DNA from: a virus
Taxonomy: Duplodnaviria; Caudoviricetes
Strand: one strand, 5' to 3'
Virus record (IMG/VR): IMGVR_UViG_3300021335_000019
Location: 1 to 56,246 of that record
Length of the DNA: 56,246 nt
Positions 46,355 through 53,738 of this stretch are shown here, one piece after another. The stretch's first letter is position 1. Each line of letters opens with the position of its first letter. The position numbers and the translations under genes were made by a program. The notes under the pieces were generated by a model. That model searched no databases. It was given only the letters and a program-made list of their open reading frames with translations, and was not told the DNA's origin.

Positions 46355-47506
46355 CTAATCAGTAAGGATGGGCGCTGAAATCGTGAATCCTCGCTCTGAG
46401 TCGATGCAACGGAGCAGCTGCTGCGGACGTTCTGGCGCAAAACCCAATTTCATGCCATACGGCGTAGCGCCGATCAGGGAGCCGTTGACTGACCAGTTCT
46501 GGCCCATCGTCAGCTGATGGAAGTGACCCATAAAGGTATGGTCAGCCTTAATGCCTTGGTCTTGGCGGTAAATCCATTTTTGCAGCGGTATGGTAATGCC
46601 TCCAACACCGCCGCCATACCTGATGGCGTCACCATGGTGGAAGCGGAGGCGGTGATTCATCACGTTGACGTAATGAATGTTGCCGTCACTGATGTCGAAT
46701 GTGATGCGGGGTTCTTTGCGGTAGTGGCGGGCGAGGGATTTGTACATCAGCCACTCGTAACTGGTGGCCGCGGCATTGCCCGCTCGCATCTTGTCGGTGG
46801 TACGGCCATGGTTCCCGAAGGAGCAGGGCACGATGATCTGCTCAAAGTCGCCATGCTCTAGGAGATGATCAAGGCCAGCAACGATGGCGCGCTCACATTC
46901 GATGAGCTGCTGCGTCGGGCTCAAGATTTGCGTCTCAACCTGATCAGGATGCAGCCAGTTGTCGATCAGATCACCACCAAGCCAGATGATGCAACGGCGC
47001 ACCTCGGCTGCGCTGCGCAGCATCCGTACAACCCGCAGTGTGTTGCGGAACAGAGCGCCGGCACGTTCGTGGAAGATGTCTACGTCGTAGCGGTTCAGGC
47101 CGCAGACCGTCGCAGGATCCACCACAGCGCCGCAGTGCCAATCTGAGCACAGCAGCAGCGGCACTGTTTCGCTGCGTTGACCTGTGGTGTCTACAACAAG
47201 CGATGCAGGTTGTTCAATGTCACGGATCTCCAGTGCCGTAGCCAGCTGCTCTTGCAGGCTTTCAACTTTGCTTAGCAGCCTGTCTTGATCACTGATTTGG
47301 CCGCGCACCTGTTCCCGTAATCGACGGTTCTCTATCTGCAGCTGCGTTAGTGCCTCTTGCGTGTCGCCCTTGCCTTTGGGGCAATGCCCAGACTTGCAGT
47401 ACAATTCACCGCTGTTCTCGTCGCGGTAGAGCAGATCAGCAGGCAGCTTCTCACGGCAACGACGCAACCGGCGGCAGGTGAACTTCAGCTGTTCGACTGC
47501 CGCCAT
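46355..47506 (-). CDS. Calcineurin-like metallophosphoesterase with N-terminal Cys-rich and coiled-coil regions
   Basis: SDWH, GGDLID, GNHGR, HHGD, GHFH motifs. Confidence 0.85.
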   Translation of the reverse strand: MAAVEQLKFTCRRLRRCREKLPADLLYRDENSGELYCKSGHCPKGKGDTQEALTQLQIENRRLREQVRGQISDQDRLLSKVESLQEQLATALEIRDIEQPASLVVDTTGQRSETVPLLLCSDWHCGAVVDPATVCGLNRYDVDIFHERAGALFRNTLRVVRMLRSAAEVRRCIIWLGGDLIDNWLHPDQVETQILSPTQQLIECERAIVAGLDHLLEHGDFEQIIVPCSFGNHGRTTDKMRAGNAAATSYEWLMYKSLARHYRKEPRITFDISDGNIHYVNVMNHRLRFHHGDAIRYGGGVGGITIPLQKWIYRQDQGIKADHTFMGHFHQLTMGQNWSVNGSLIGATPYGMKLGFAPERPQQLLRCIDSERGFTISAPILTD

Positions 47507-47639
47507 ACGATGCGGTTCAGTGCCCTCACTATAGAAGAAATGGGGTCAAGGCGTCGCAGCTTGGCTGCTTACTCTTGTTTCGCCAATTCGCCAAGAGTCA
47601 AAATCGGCGGCAATGGCACTGCTTGAGCTTATGCACTGG

Positions 47640-47828
47640 CTATACCGAGTTTTGTGCATTTAGGAAACGAGCGAATGCACCAGGGCGTGGTTTGAAGCTG
47701 CGACGGTAGGTTTTGTTGGTGTTTGAGATGTAGAGTTTGCGGCCATTATCGGTGATGATGTATTTAGCACCGCGGGGGCTGATGTGTACTTCGCGGTTGC
47801 CGATATACTTTTCAGAGATGGTTGCCAT
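47640..47828 (-). CDS. Cassette-array mini-gene (MATISEKYIG...)
   Basis: Start moved to ATG 47828 after GGAGAACAACTG. Confidence 0.65.
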   Translation of the reverse strand: MATISEKYIGNREVHISPRGAKYIITDNGRKLYISNTNKTYRRSFKPRPGAFARFLNAQNSV

Positions 47829-47884
47829 CAGTTGTTCTCCGGTGTGGTGGTGGTGGGGCGCATTGCTTTTTTGAGTCAGTTGCA

Positions 47885-48154
47885 CTAAGTGAGCCGGCCA
47901 TACGGCTTGTCATCGCTAAGGTCGTCGGCATCTACGGTTTCGATGTCCTTCCATTCGCCGCCGGATTTGAATCCCTGACTCCATGTGAAATAGCCCTGGA
48001 GCTTCAGATGGACTTGACCTTCGTCGGTTCGGAAGCGCACCAGGCGGTAAATGTCAGGAATGTTTTTTTCAATCCTGGCTGCATCGATGTGCACTGGTCC
48101 AGACGGAATGAATATCTCATCTGTGCTCCAGCTGATGGGGCGTTGGTCAGTCAT
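47885..48154 (-). CDS. Cassette-array mini-gene (MTDQRP...)
   Basis: Shared N-terminal motif. Confidence 0.7.
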   Translation of the reverse strand: MTDQRPISWSTDEIFIPSGPVHIDAARIEKNIPDIYRLVRFRTDEGQVHLKLQGYFTWSQGFKSGGEWKDIETVDADDLSDDKPYGRLT

Positions 48155-48416
48155 TGTGCTTAATCAGAGGTTGATAGGTCATCTCAAAGATGTCAGGCTT
48201 GCAAGGATAGAACTCACCCTTCACGCCTTTGATAATCCAGTCGCCAATCCGGGCTTGATGGTCACCTTCAAGGGTTTGGATTACCAGTGGTGGGATACAC
48301 CTCGTTCGATAGCAATACTTGCCATTGGATTTAATCCAAGCGATGATCTCGTCAAGATTGTCCTTGGTCAGTTGCCGCGCCTCAATGACGACTGGCTTTT
48401 TCTGGAAAAATGGCAT
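48147..48416 (-). CDS. Cassette-array mini-gene of a widespread phage family (KKPVVIEA...TLEG...GDWIIKGVKGEFYPCKPDIF)
   Basis: Recognisable motif; flanked by junction repeats. Confidence 0.8.
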   Translation of the reverse strand: MPFFQKKPVVIEARQLTKDNLDEIIAWIKSNGKYCYRTRCIPPLVIQTLEGDHQARIGDWIIKGVKGEFYPCKPDIFEMTYQPLIKHND

Positions 48417-48670
48417 CAGTTGTTCTCCGGTGTGGTGGTGGTGGGGCGCATAGCTTCTCGAAGGTTTCCAACAACGTAATCAACGCCCCGTTGTTCCAGG
48501 TCCAAGTTGTGGCGCAACCACTCAATCACCTGCTCCAACTGCCAATCAGCAGCGGCACGCATGATTCGTCGAGTAGATGGACAGGGTTCTTGCCACTTGA
48601 GCCAGTTGTCTTTGTTGTCTTGCCAGATTTGGCAGCAAAGGTCGACAGTCAGTGGGTGTTGTTCAGTCAT
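48416..48670 (-). CDS. Constant/variable family mini-gene, copy A
   Basis: MTEQHPLT...MRAAADWQLEQVIEWL...AMRPTTTTPENN. Confidence 0.75.
   Translation of the reverse strand: MTEQHPLTVDLCCQIWQDNKDNWLKWQEPCPSTRRIMRAAADWQLEQVIEWLRHNLDLEQRGVDYVVGNLREAMRPTTTTPENN
48518..48563. repeat. 46-bp core repeat, identical at 50389-50434 and 50990-51035; partial copy at 49060-49089
   Basis: CCACTCAATCACCTGCTCCAACTGCCAATCAGCAGCGGCACGCATG. Confidence 0.9.
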
Positions 48671-48924
48671 CAGTCGTCCTCCAGTTGATGGACTGCTTCG
48701 AGTAGTTGCCACTTGAGGGCACCTTCTTTGATCAAGCGCTCAAGTTTCTCCCTGGGGGTTTCAGCAAATTGCCATTCGCGTCCGTTGATGGTGCCAAAGA
48801 CATCCCACCTGACATCGCCCCAGACATTGCATTTGACGTGCTTAACACGCCATGCTCCCTCGATAAACTCAAAATCAACAAGTTTGAGGGCTTCTTCGAG
48901 TGGGATTTGGTTTTGTTCAGTCAT
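48670..48924 (-). CDS. Cassette-array mini-gene (EEALKLV...ETPREKL family), copy 1
   Basis: Paralogue of 50096-50284. Confidence 0.75.
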   Translation of the reverse strand: MTEQNQIPLEEALKLVDFEFIEGAWRVKHVKCNVWGDVRWDVFGTINGREWQFAETPREKLERLIKEGALKWQLLEAVHQLEDD

Positions 48925-49298
48925 CAGTTGTCCTCCTGTTGTTGTGGGCGTAGTTCTTGCATAACTTCTTTGAAAAAGTCTTCACATGCGTCTGCCCCGG
49001 CGACGTATCCCTGTATACGCCACTCGTTGAGCTTCAGCTCTACCTTTCTCATTACTTCTTCCAACTGCCAGTCAGCAGCGGCACGCATGTCTTGTCTAAA
49101 GATTGAAATGGGATAGTCGTAGCAGAGGCTGTCTTCATAGAGATCAGAGATCTCTTCGATGGCCTCATCAGTCAGTGGGTGTTGGTTGGTCATTGGGGTT
49201 CTCCTCATGTAGTTGGCGTAATGTCTCATCATGCTGTTGGCGTAAAGCTCTTGGTGGAATTCGCAGAGTTTGTCAGTCAGTGGGTGTTGGTTAGTCAT
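48924..49298 (-). CDS. Constant/variable family mini-gene, copy B (duplicated N-terminal motif)
   Basis: MTNQHPLTD occurs twice; MRAAADWQLE core. Confidence 0.7.
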   Translation of the reverse strand: MTNQHPLTDKLCEFHQELYANSMMRHYANYMRRTPMTNQHPLTDEAIEEISDLYEDSLCYDYPISIFRQDMRAAADWQLEEVMRKVELKLNEWRIQGYVAGADACEDFFKEVMQELRPQQQEDN

Positions 49299-49528
49299 CA
49301 GTTGTCCTCCTGTGTGGTGGTTTTGTAAAGAATAGGGGCATAACTGTTGTCAACAGGTTTAGTGGTCAGATGAGTACCTCCGCAATGAGGACATCGATAA
49401 ACTGAATAATTTTTGCCATGCTTTTTAGCGAACTTGTCTGCCGATTGCTTGTAAGTCTTGTTGCCAAGGTTTGCTTTGCCTTGGCACCCACGCTCAAAAG
49501 ATGGTTGTCGGTCAGTGTCAGTGGTCAT
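49298..49528 (-). CDS. Cassette-array mini-gene with zinc-finger motif
   Basis: C...YRCPHCGGTHLT; ends TTTQEDN. Confidence 0.7.
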   Translation of the reverse strand: MTTDTDRQPSFERGCQGKANLGNKTYKQSADKFAKKHGKNYSVYRCPHCGGTHLTTKPVDNSYAPILYKTTTQEDN

Positions 49529-50037
49529 GGTGTCTCCTGTGTGGTGGGCTCCGGTATCGGTAGGGCGTAGTGGGGGAGCACATGGGTCCAGCAAACCCAA
49601 GCCTCTGGACGGTCGAATGACCAGAAGGGATCTGTATCGTCCGCGTCAAAGCACCAACACCAACCATTGTTGTCACACCACCCCTCACGCTCCCAGGGCC
49701 TCTCGCTTACCGGGATTGGCTGGACAGCAGGGCGGCCCCAGCGGGCGCGATCAGCGGCAATGACAGCGCGGGCGAAAGACAGCACGTCGTCTCTCATGTT
49801 TGCGCCTGCCTGTAACGGATAAATCACGCCCCCGTCGCACATGGTGTAGGAAACTTGATGCTCTTGAGACAGGTCAAGAATCTCCTCATCCGTGAGTTCC
49901 TCCGGCTCGGGCTGGGAGAGGTAGGCGTAAGCTTCGTCAATTAGTGCCGACTGATTGGGGACGTTGTACTGGCAGTGCAAGAGATCCAGCTTCTCAGCCA
50001 GCCGCTGGATCAGGTTGCGTGGGTGTTGGTCAGTCAT
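49525..50037 (-). CDS. Cassette-array gene (MTDQHP...PIPVSER...THVLPHYALP)
   Basis: Shared N- and C-terminal motifs. Confidence 0.7.
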   Translation of the reverse strand: MTDQHPRNLIQRLAEKLDLLHCQYNVPNQSALIDEAYAYLSQPEPEELTDEEILDLSQEHQVSYTMCDGGVIYPLQAGANMRDDVLSFARAVIAADRARWGRPAVQPIPVSERPWEREGWCDNNGWCWCFDADDTDPFWSFDRPEAWVCWTHVLPHYALPIPEPTTQETP

Positions 50038-50063
50038 CTAAATGTTGAACGAAGTGTACATTG

Positions 50064-50089
50064 AAGAAGAAAGCCGCTGGTAAGCGGCT
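50064..50089 (-). terminator. Putative terminator inside the array
   Basis: Minus strand AGCCGCT-TACC-AGCGGCT-TTCTTCTT. Confidence 0.5.
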
Positions 50090-50095
50090 AGGTCT

Positions 50096-50284
50096 TCAGT
50101 TGTCCTCCAGTTGATTCAATGCTTCGAGTAGTTGTGACTTGTGGGCACCTTCTTCAATTAGGCGCTTGAGTTTCTCCCTGGGGGTTTCAACGTACTGGTA
50201 TCTACAACCGTTGATTGTCCCATAAACATGCCCTTCAACAAGTTTCAGAGCCTCTTCAAATGTGATTCGGTTTTGGTCAGTCAT
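50096..50284 (-). CDS. Cassette-array mini-gene (EEALKLV...ETPREKL family), copy 2
   Basis: Paralogue of 48670-48924 with a shorter middle. Confidence 0.75.
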   Translation of the reverse strand: MTDQNRITFEEALKLVEGHVYGTINGCRYQYVETPREKLKRLIEEGAHKSQLLEALNQLEDN

Positions 50285-50517
50285 TTGTTGTTCTCCTGTG
50301 TGGTGGTGGGGCGCATTGCTTTTTCAAGTTCTTCGGGGATGTTTACCGCTTCTAAGCTGCTGCCACGCTCGAAGATTGTTTCGTTAAGCCACTCAATCAC
50401 CTGCTCCAACTGCCAATCAGCAGCGGCACGCATGCAGTCATAAGCGGCAGGATGTCGCACAGGCCAAGGAGCAATCTCTTCGCAGATCTTGCTAGTAAGT
50501 GGGTGTTGTTTACTCAT
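50281..50517 (-). CDS. Constant/variable family mini-gene, copy C
   Basis: MSKQHPLT...MRAAADWQLEQVIEWL...KAMRPTTTQENNK. Confidence 0.75.
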   Translation of the reverse strand: MSKQHPLTSKICEEIAPWPVRHPAAYDCMRAAADWQLEQVIEWLNETIFERGSSLEAVNIPEELEKAMRPTTTQENNK

Positions 50518-50852
50518 CAGTTGTTCTCCTGTTGATGTTGTTGTGTTTGAAGTAGCATCGTGCGGAACTGATTTTCCATAACCTCCCTTTCCATAACCTC
50601 CCTTTGCACAACGTCCAAGAGCTGCTTATCTGTCAAGCAGTGAAACTCTGCCGAGTACCTAATCATATCAGTCTCCATATCTTCGGTTTCTGTAATCTCT
50701 ACCTGCTTAAGGATTTGTGTGGCGATATCGTGCGCTAGTTCTGACTTGATTTGCTGGGTAAAAAATTCAGGACAGAGTGCGTTCATTATTTTTTTGCGTG
50801 AGACTAGAGTAGACGCACTGATCAAGGTTTTGTCAGTTCGCAGGCGTATCAT
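50517..50852 (-). CDS. Cassette-array gene, unrelated body ending QQENN
   Basis: Junction repeats on both sides. Confidence 0.7.
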   Translation of the reverse strand: MIRLRTDKTLISASTLVSRKKIMNALCPEFFTQQIKSELAHDIATQILKQVEITETEDMETDMIRYSAEFHCLTDKQLLDVVQREVMEREVMENQFRTMLLQTQQHQQENN

Positions 50853-51127
50853 TGGTTGTTCTCCTGTGTGGTGGTGGGGCGCATTGCTTTTTTGAGGTCG
50901 TCAATAAACGCTTCCGTGAGAAAATAAGTGATGTAATAATCTTCCATTACGTAATCTTCCATTAAGTAATCTTCAGTATTAGTTTTTAACCACTCAATCA
51001 CCTGCTCCAACTGCCAATCAGCAGCGGCACGCATGTCTTCTTCGTCGTACCAACGACTTGTGTACTCTCCAGAGAAATTGAACGTTTTGCCAATTACTTC
51101 GTCAGTCAGTGGGTGTTGGTCAGTCAT
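50849..51127 (-). CDS. Constant/variable family mini-gene, copy D
   Basis: Start moved to ATG 51127: MTDQHPLT...MRAAADWQLEQVIEWL...KAMRPTTTQENNQ. Confidence 0.75.
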   Translation of the reverse strand: MTDQHPLTDEVIGKTFNFSGEYTSRWYDEEDMRAAADWQLEQVIEWLKTNTEDYLMEDYVMEDYYITYFLTEAFIDDLKKAMRPTTTQENNQ

Positions 51128-51513
51128 TAGGAAGTGCCTCCAGTGCGCGGCGGATGGCAGAAGCGGTAAGTATTGAACCGTTAGCTCCGTGCAGCTCATT
51201 CAGGATTGTCTCCAGTTCCGACAGCGCCAGGTCTTTTCAAGCTCGGCGGCTTGGGTCGGCGGGCGGCGCGGAGTGCATTGATGTAGTCGGTCGGCGTCTC
51301 GTCCGCCATCCACTCACAACACGCCTCCAGCTCTTCATCACGGGCCTGCTGCAGCTCGGCCTCATTGACCTCGCCGCGCTGCTCGTAGCCCCATTGGGCA
51401 GCGTGATAGGCAACTTGTTCGGTAATGCTGCAGTAATCTTGAGACCGTGCTTCAGTCATCCATTTAGCTATCAGCTCAGGCGGTGGGGTGATGGGGTGCT
51501 GTTGTTCAGTCAT
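51120..51513 (-). pseudogene. Cassette-array gene (MTEQQHPITPPPEL...) with an apparent one-base frameshift at 51234-51237
   Basis: Zero frame stops at 51196; skipping one A gives PSLK-DLALSEL...IRRALEALPND*, overlapping the next ATG like other cassettes. Confidence 0.6.
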
Positions 51514-51641
51514 TGGTTGTTCTCCTGTGATTCGAGTTTCCGCAGCTCAGCGCGGATGTTTGCAGCCATGAACTTGTTGCCATGGCGTTCTGCGATCTCA
51601 AGCGCCTTCAGGTAGCGCTCGCGGCGGGAGGGTTCAGTCAT
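51510..51641 (-). CDS. First cassette-array mini-gene (43 aa, MTEPSRRERY...SQENNQ)
   Basis: Manual translation; ATGA overlaps at both ends. Confidence 0.65.
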   Translation of the reverse strand: MTEPSRRERYLKALEIAERHGNKFMAANIRAELRKLESQENNQ

Positions 51642-52270
51642 GCCCATGCGGCCTCCGCAATGACGGGAAACTGCGCCGTAAAGATTTCACGGCACTGCTC
51701 AGCCAGTCGGCGATGCTCCAGCTGCGTCTCCTCACTGGCACGAATCTGAATGTAATGAATCCAACTACGCAACGTACCAGTCATATACATCGAAGTCGGC
51801 GTACACATCGGCAGGATGCGCCTGGCCGTTTCTTTGGCCACACCCCTCTCAAGCATCTGATCATAAAGAAAGAAGCTGTCGGCAATCAACCGCCCAGCTT
51901 TCTTTTGCAACTCATCCTGGTGCGTGGGGTGAATGTCATTGATGCTGTTCTGCCGGTTATCAAGGTCTTGCCGCCTAAACCATGGAATCTCAGCAGGCTT
52001 GGTCTTGGCGTAACGAGTCGAAAACTCCTGAAAGCTAAACGAACGATGCCGCAAGATCTGAGCGGCGATGTCGCGTTCGGTTTCGATCAGGACGCACAAC
52101 GACGCCATCTCGAACGGCGACCAGTGCTTGTGCTTAATCAGGTAACGCAGCAACCGAGGACCGGTTTTCCAGTTCTCGTCATTGCTGGGATTGCTGACGC
52201 GAGCCATCTTGACGATGAGTCGCTCAGCATCAGGCGTGCAATGCACGAAGCGGACATGTTTAGTCATCAC
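51638..52270 (-). CDS. thyX: Flavin-dependent thymidylate synthase
   Basis: HWSPFE, QILRHRSFSFQEFSTRY signature, ETARRILP. Confidence 0.95.
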   Translation of the reverse strand: MMTKHVRFVHCTPDAERLIVKMARVSNPSNDENWKTGPRLLRYLIKHKHWSPFEMASLCVLIETERDIAAQILRHRSFSFQEFSTRYAKTKPAEIPWFRRQDLDNRQNSINDIHPTHQDELQKKAGRLIADSFFLYDQMLERGVAKETARRILPMCTPTSMYMTGTLRSWIHYIQIRASEETQLEHRRLAEQCREIFTAQFPVIAEAAWA

Positions 52271-52457
52271 GAGTTGCCTCCCAGTTGATTACGTCTTCCA
52301 GTCGATACTGCACACGCGGCTGTCGTGGGCTGCGGCCAGCACGTGCAAGTTCATGCCAGTGCGGCCCGATGCCGCGATACCGCCAGCCCTTAATGGTGGC
52401 AGGCTTCAACCCAAGCCTTGCGGCGAGTTGTTCGGTGGTCAAGAAGTCAGTCTCCAT
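52260..52457 (-). CDS. Excisionase/AlpA-like HTH DNA-binding protein
   Basis: FLTTEQLAARLGLKPATIKGWRYRGIGP...VQYRLEDV. Confidence 0.8.
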   Translation of the reverse strand: METDFLTTEQLAARLGLKPATIKGWRYRGIGPHWHELARAGRSPRQPRVQYRLEDVINWEATRDD

Positions 52458-52524
52458 GGTTGTCGTTAAAGTGTGAACGGGATAGCGCCGCAATCCTGTG
52501 GGTGGTGTGCGGCGCAAGTCCCTC

Positions 52525-52719
52525 TCAACGCGGATCGATCGGGTTGGCCGATAGCTCTAACTTGCTGATTTGCAGCTGGCTGCCGTCTTCCTTTTGGCAG
52601 ATGTAATGCGGGAATGGTGTCATCACATCTGCGCGTTCAACGATTGCAACCCATCGGCGGCGGTTGCCGTGGATGTAAACGATGTCGCCGGGCTCGAAGT
52701 CTGCGGATGGTCTAGCCAT
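52525..52719 (-). CDS. Small SH3-like hypothetical protein (MARPSADFEPGDIVYI...)
   Basis: ORF track; start uncertain. Confidence 0.5.
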   Translation of the reverse strand: MARPSADFEPGDIVYIHGNRRRWVAIVERADVMTPFPHYICQKEDGSQLQISKLELSANPIDPR

Positions 52720-52844
52720 TGGATTTTGCTCCAGTAGGGCAGCCATTCCTTAGCGACTAGCTGCTTTGCTTCGGTGAAGGATGCAGCACGCACCACTTCA
52801 AATACATTTGCTTCAGGGATCTCAAAGTAGTATTTGTTGGTCAT
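52623..52844 (-). CDS. Hypothetical protein
   Basis: ATGA overlap with the upstream gene. Confidence 0.5.
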   Translation of the reverse strand: MTNKYYFEIPEANVFEVVRAASFTEAKQLVAKEWLPYWSKIQWLDHPQTSSPATSFTSTATAADGLQSLNAQM

Positions 52845-53119
52845 GTGGCAAATCCTCTAGCGCGGGCTCGATGTGGGCTTGCAGGATCGCTGCGATTGTT
52901 ACCGTCGGCAGTAATAACAACAGGACGCGGGTGAGAACGTTCATCCGCTGGTTTCAGTAGATAGGTGTGCAGTTGCGTGAGATTGGCTGATAACCAATGG
53001 ATCATTTGCCCGCAAGTGAACCCCGCGGCATACACAAAAGCAACAGCGACAGCGATGATGCGGACGATGGATTCAATCTGACTTCCTAGTTGCTGGCTTG
53101 ATGGGATGGTGAGTTTCAT
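52841..53119 (-). CDS. Putative single-pass membrane protein
   Basis: IIAVAVAFVYAAGF hydrophobic stretch. Confidence 0.55.
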   Translation of the reverse strand: MKLTIPSSQQLGSQIESIVRIIAVAVAFVYAAGFTCGQMIHWLSANLTQLHTYLLKPADERSHPRPVVITADGNNRSDPASPHRARARGFAT

Positions 53120-53311
53120 TTGATTAGCGGGAGTTGTGGTGCTGGCTTGTTGTACTTGCGTGGTGGTGGTGGGAGCAATTCGCCCGGTAGTACCGGGCGT
53201 TGCTTGCGGATGATGGTGATCATGTGGGTGGTGTGAATGCTTTGACGAGGTAGTGGGATGATGTCCTCGTGCCCCATTATTGCCGTGCTGCGCCGTGTTG
53301 CAACGTGCGCT

Positions 53312-53333
53312 GTGCCGGTTTGCTGACCGGCTC
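53312..53333 (-). promoter_or_regulatory. Pseudo-palindrome promoter element (copy 8)
   Basis: GAGCC-GGTCAGCAAACC-GGCAC, 30 nt (containing TTGCAA), AATAAT. Confidence 0.6.
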
Positions 53334-53652
53334 AGGCGAGCACAGCCATGGCGTTGGCGTTGAGCCAGCTGGCGACCTCAGAGATCAAGGTCAATCCGTC
53401 CTTGTGCATGGCGGCGATCAGTTGCGCTGCCTGCCATGCCGTAGCGCGACGCAGCGCCATTGAAATGGTGCCGGTGATGCGACCAGTGGCATCGGCATAC
53501 AGCACGCCATAAGCGAGTTGCTTAGCGGTAAAGCAGCTGGACTGCTGCTCAAGATTCCGCAGCTGCTGCTCAGCGCCACCAGCAGCACGACGCTTGCCGC
53601 GGAAGGAAGCGGGAACAGTGGCCAGAACCGCAGTGGCGGTGGTCATGATCAT
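53332..53652 (-). CDS. Hypothetical protein
   Basis: ORF between two repeated promoters; start uncertain. Confidence 0.6.
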   Translation of the reverse strand: MIMTTATAVLATVPASFRGKRRAAGGAEQQLRNLEQQSSCFTAKQLAYGVLYADATGRITGTISMALRRATAWQAAQLIAAMHKDGLTLISEVASWLNANAMAVLA

Positions 53653-53738
53653 CGCAGCCTCTGGGCTGCCGTGTGGAGGGCCGATTGCCTCCGGTGAGAT
53701 CACTATCGGCCCTATTCAGCTCCGCTTAGCTGTGCGCT

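Larger units (their letters stand above)
47826..51530 (-). repeat. Dispersed junction repeats, consensus (GCAATGCGCCCCACCACCACA)CAGGAGRACAACTG-ATG(ACTGACCAACACCCACTGAC)
   Basis: Full or partial copies at about 15 gene boundaries; exact 38-bp pairs 47826-47863/48414-48451 and 50287-50324/50855-50892. Confidence 0.85.

Noticed and set aside
47560-47598. ACTCTTG...CAAGAGT inverted repeat in the gap after the array
   Set aside because: Short stem with a large loop and no other support; could arise by chance.
50933-50975. Triple ~15-bp tandem repeat (TEDYL-MEDYV-MEDYY)
   Set aside because: A local slippage duplication inside a variable segment; noted but not a separate system.
47640-51641. CRISPR array or DGR explanation for the repeats
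   Set aside because: Repeats lie in coding junctions and cores with irregular, gene-sized spacing. I recognised no cas or reverse transcriptase gene and no adenine-specific TR/VR pair.
47640-51641. Classical integron with attC sites
   Set aside because: Junctions are direct repeats without the attC inverted-repeat structure, and no IntI-like recombinase is visible.
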